DNA from: Chiloscyllium plagiosum | Taxonomy: Eukaryota | Direction: 5' to 3' | DNA length: 64,000 nt | NCBI RefSeq assembly: GCF_004010195.1 | Contig: NC_057718.1 | Coordinates: forward strand, 47,745,556-47,809,555 | Part shown: positions 62,572-64,000 of the stretch, piece after piece | Numbering within the stretch: the first letter of the stretch is position 1 | Layout of the letters: every line of letters starts with the position of its first letter | The notes under the pieces: generated by a model | Databases searched by the model: none | Seen by the model: the letters and a program-made list of their open reading frames with translations, nothing else | Told to the model about the DNA's origin: nothing | Translations under genes and position numbers: made by a program

Positions 62572-64000
62572 ACATTGTGGGAAGTTAGGGAAGAAATTGC
62601 AAGGCCTCCAGCAGACATATCAGCTACAGCCACGGGTGAGGTGCTGGAGGATGGAAGGGTGGCTAATGTTTTGCCTTTATTTAAGAAAAGCTAAAGAACT
62701 ATAGGCCTGTGAGTTTTACATTAGTGATGGGTTAAGTTATTGGAAGGGATTCTGAGAGATAGGATTTATATGCATTTGGAGAGGAAAGGACTGAATAGGG
62801 ATAGTCAGCATGGCTGTGGGTGTGGGAAATAGTATTTCTCAAACTTGATTGCGTTTTTTGAGGATGGAACCACAAAGACTGATGAGGGCAGAGTGGTGGA
62901 CGTTGTCTACATGGACATTAGAATAAGCCTTTGACAAGCTTCCCTATGGTAGACTAATAGTAAAGTTACATACAGGGGATTCAGGGACAGCTTGCCAATC
63001 ACATACAAAATTGGCTTGACGGTAGGAAACAGAGATTGTTGGTGGAGGGTTGTTTTTCAGACTAAGTTTGTGACCAGCCGTGTTCCACATGGATCAGTGC
63101 TGGCTCCGCTCTTGTTTGTCACTTATTTAAACGATTTGGATGAGAATTTAGGAGGCATATTTAGCAAGTTTGCAGTTGACACCAAAATTGGTGGTATAAT
63201 CGATAGTGAAGAAGCTTATCTAAGACTACAAAGAGTTCTTGATCAGATCAATGGGCTAAGGAGTGGTAGATGAAGTTTAAGTTGGATAAACGTGAGGTAT
63301 TGCATTTTGCTAAAACAAACAAAGGCAGGACTTATACTGGGAAGTCTTGTACAACAGAGGGACCTAGGGGTTCAGGTACATAGTTCTTTGAAAGTTGAAA
63401 CATAGGTAGACAGGGTGGTTAAGAAGGCATTTCGCTCACTTGCCTTCATTGCTCAGACGATTGAGTATAGGAGTTAAGACATCATGTTGAGATTGTATAG
63501 GAAGGCCACTTTTGGAGTATTGTGTTGAGTACGGATTGCACTGTTACAGGAAGGATATTATTAAATTGGAGAGGGTTCAGAAAACATTTACTAGGATGTT
63601 GCTGAGACTGGAGGGTTTGAGTTATAAGAACAGGGTGGGACCTTTTCACTGGAGTGTAGGAGGTTGAAGGGTGACCTTATAGAGGTTTATAAAATCATGA
63701 GGGGCATAGAAAAGGCGAATAGCAAAGATCTTTTCTCCAGCTGGTTGAGTTCAAAACTAGGGGGAGGATTTTAAGGTAAGAGGAGAAAGATTTAAAAGGG
63801 ACAACTTTATCCACTGAGAGTGGTTTGCATATAGAATGAACTGCCAGAGGAAGTGGTAGATGCAGATCCAGGCGTAGTTACAACATTTAAAAGACATTTG
63901 GATAGGTACATGAATAGGAAAGCTTTCAAGGGATATGGACCAAACACTGGGAAATGAGACTAATGAATGAATTGGACCTAAGGGTTTGTTTCCATGCTGT
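62572..64000 (+). mobile_element. CR1-type LINE RT and 3' end, disrupted
   Basis: VTSRVPHGSVLAPLLFVTYLNDLD...SKFAVDTKIGG. Confidence 0.9.

Noticed and set aside
1..64000. Prokaryotic systems (operons, CRISPR arrays, defence islands, retrons)
   Set aside because: This is vertebrate DNA with a spliced gene and decayed retroelements. There is no regular repeat-spacer array and no gene-dense region.
53973..64000. Active LINE or domesticated reverse transcriptase gene
   Set aside because: All copies have multiple stops, frameshifts and deletions.
8150..64000. Exons of a neighbouring host gene upstream of PPP2R5A
   Set aside because: No ORF with recognisable non-TE homology was found. Small exons could be missed by eye.

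Overview
Eukaryotic genomic DNA, not prokaryotic. It is most likely from a cartilaginous fish (shark), judged from HE1-like V-SINEs, HER1/CR1-type LINEs and Penelope-type repeats. The only host gene I can support is the 5' end of PPP2R5A (PP2A B56-alpha) on the minus strand. Its first coding exon is 7273-7114, which the ORF track missed. It sits in a CpG island with a CCAAT/CRE/GC-box promoter at ~7900-8115. Bases 1-7113 are the intron following that exon, and ~8150-64000 is upstream DNA made mostly of decayed, nested transposable elements: CR1-type LINEs, a second LINE family, two SINE families, solo LTRs, and Harbinger and possible hAT remnants. The most interesting signal is a set of at least four families of short Penelope-like (PLE) elements carrying minimal hammerhead-ribozyme motifs (CUGANGA-extra nt-stem II-GAAA-palindromic tetramer). 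Eight motifs keep all core residues. Five insertions share one architecture: inverted arm, ~35-40 nt unpaired tail and an 11-14 bp target-site duplication. One intact motif lies in sense orientation in the PPP2R5A intron. Also notable are a G-quadruplex/hairpin switch candidate and a uORF in the presumed 5' UTR, two template-switch rearrangement scars, and a solo LTR whose empty site is preserved nearby. Repeat-family names come from recognition by eye, not from a database search, and the boundaries of old elements are approximate.
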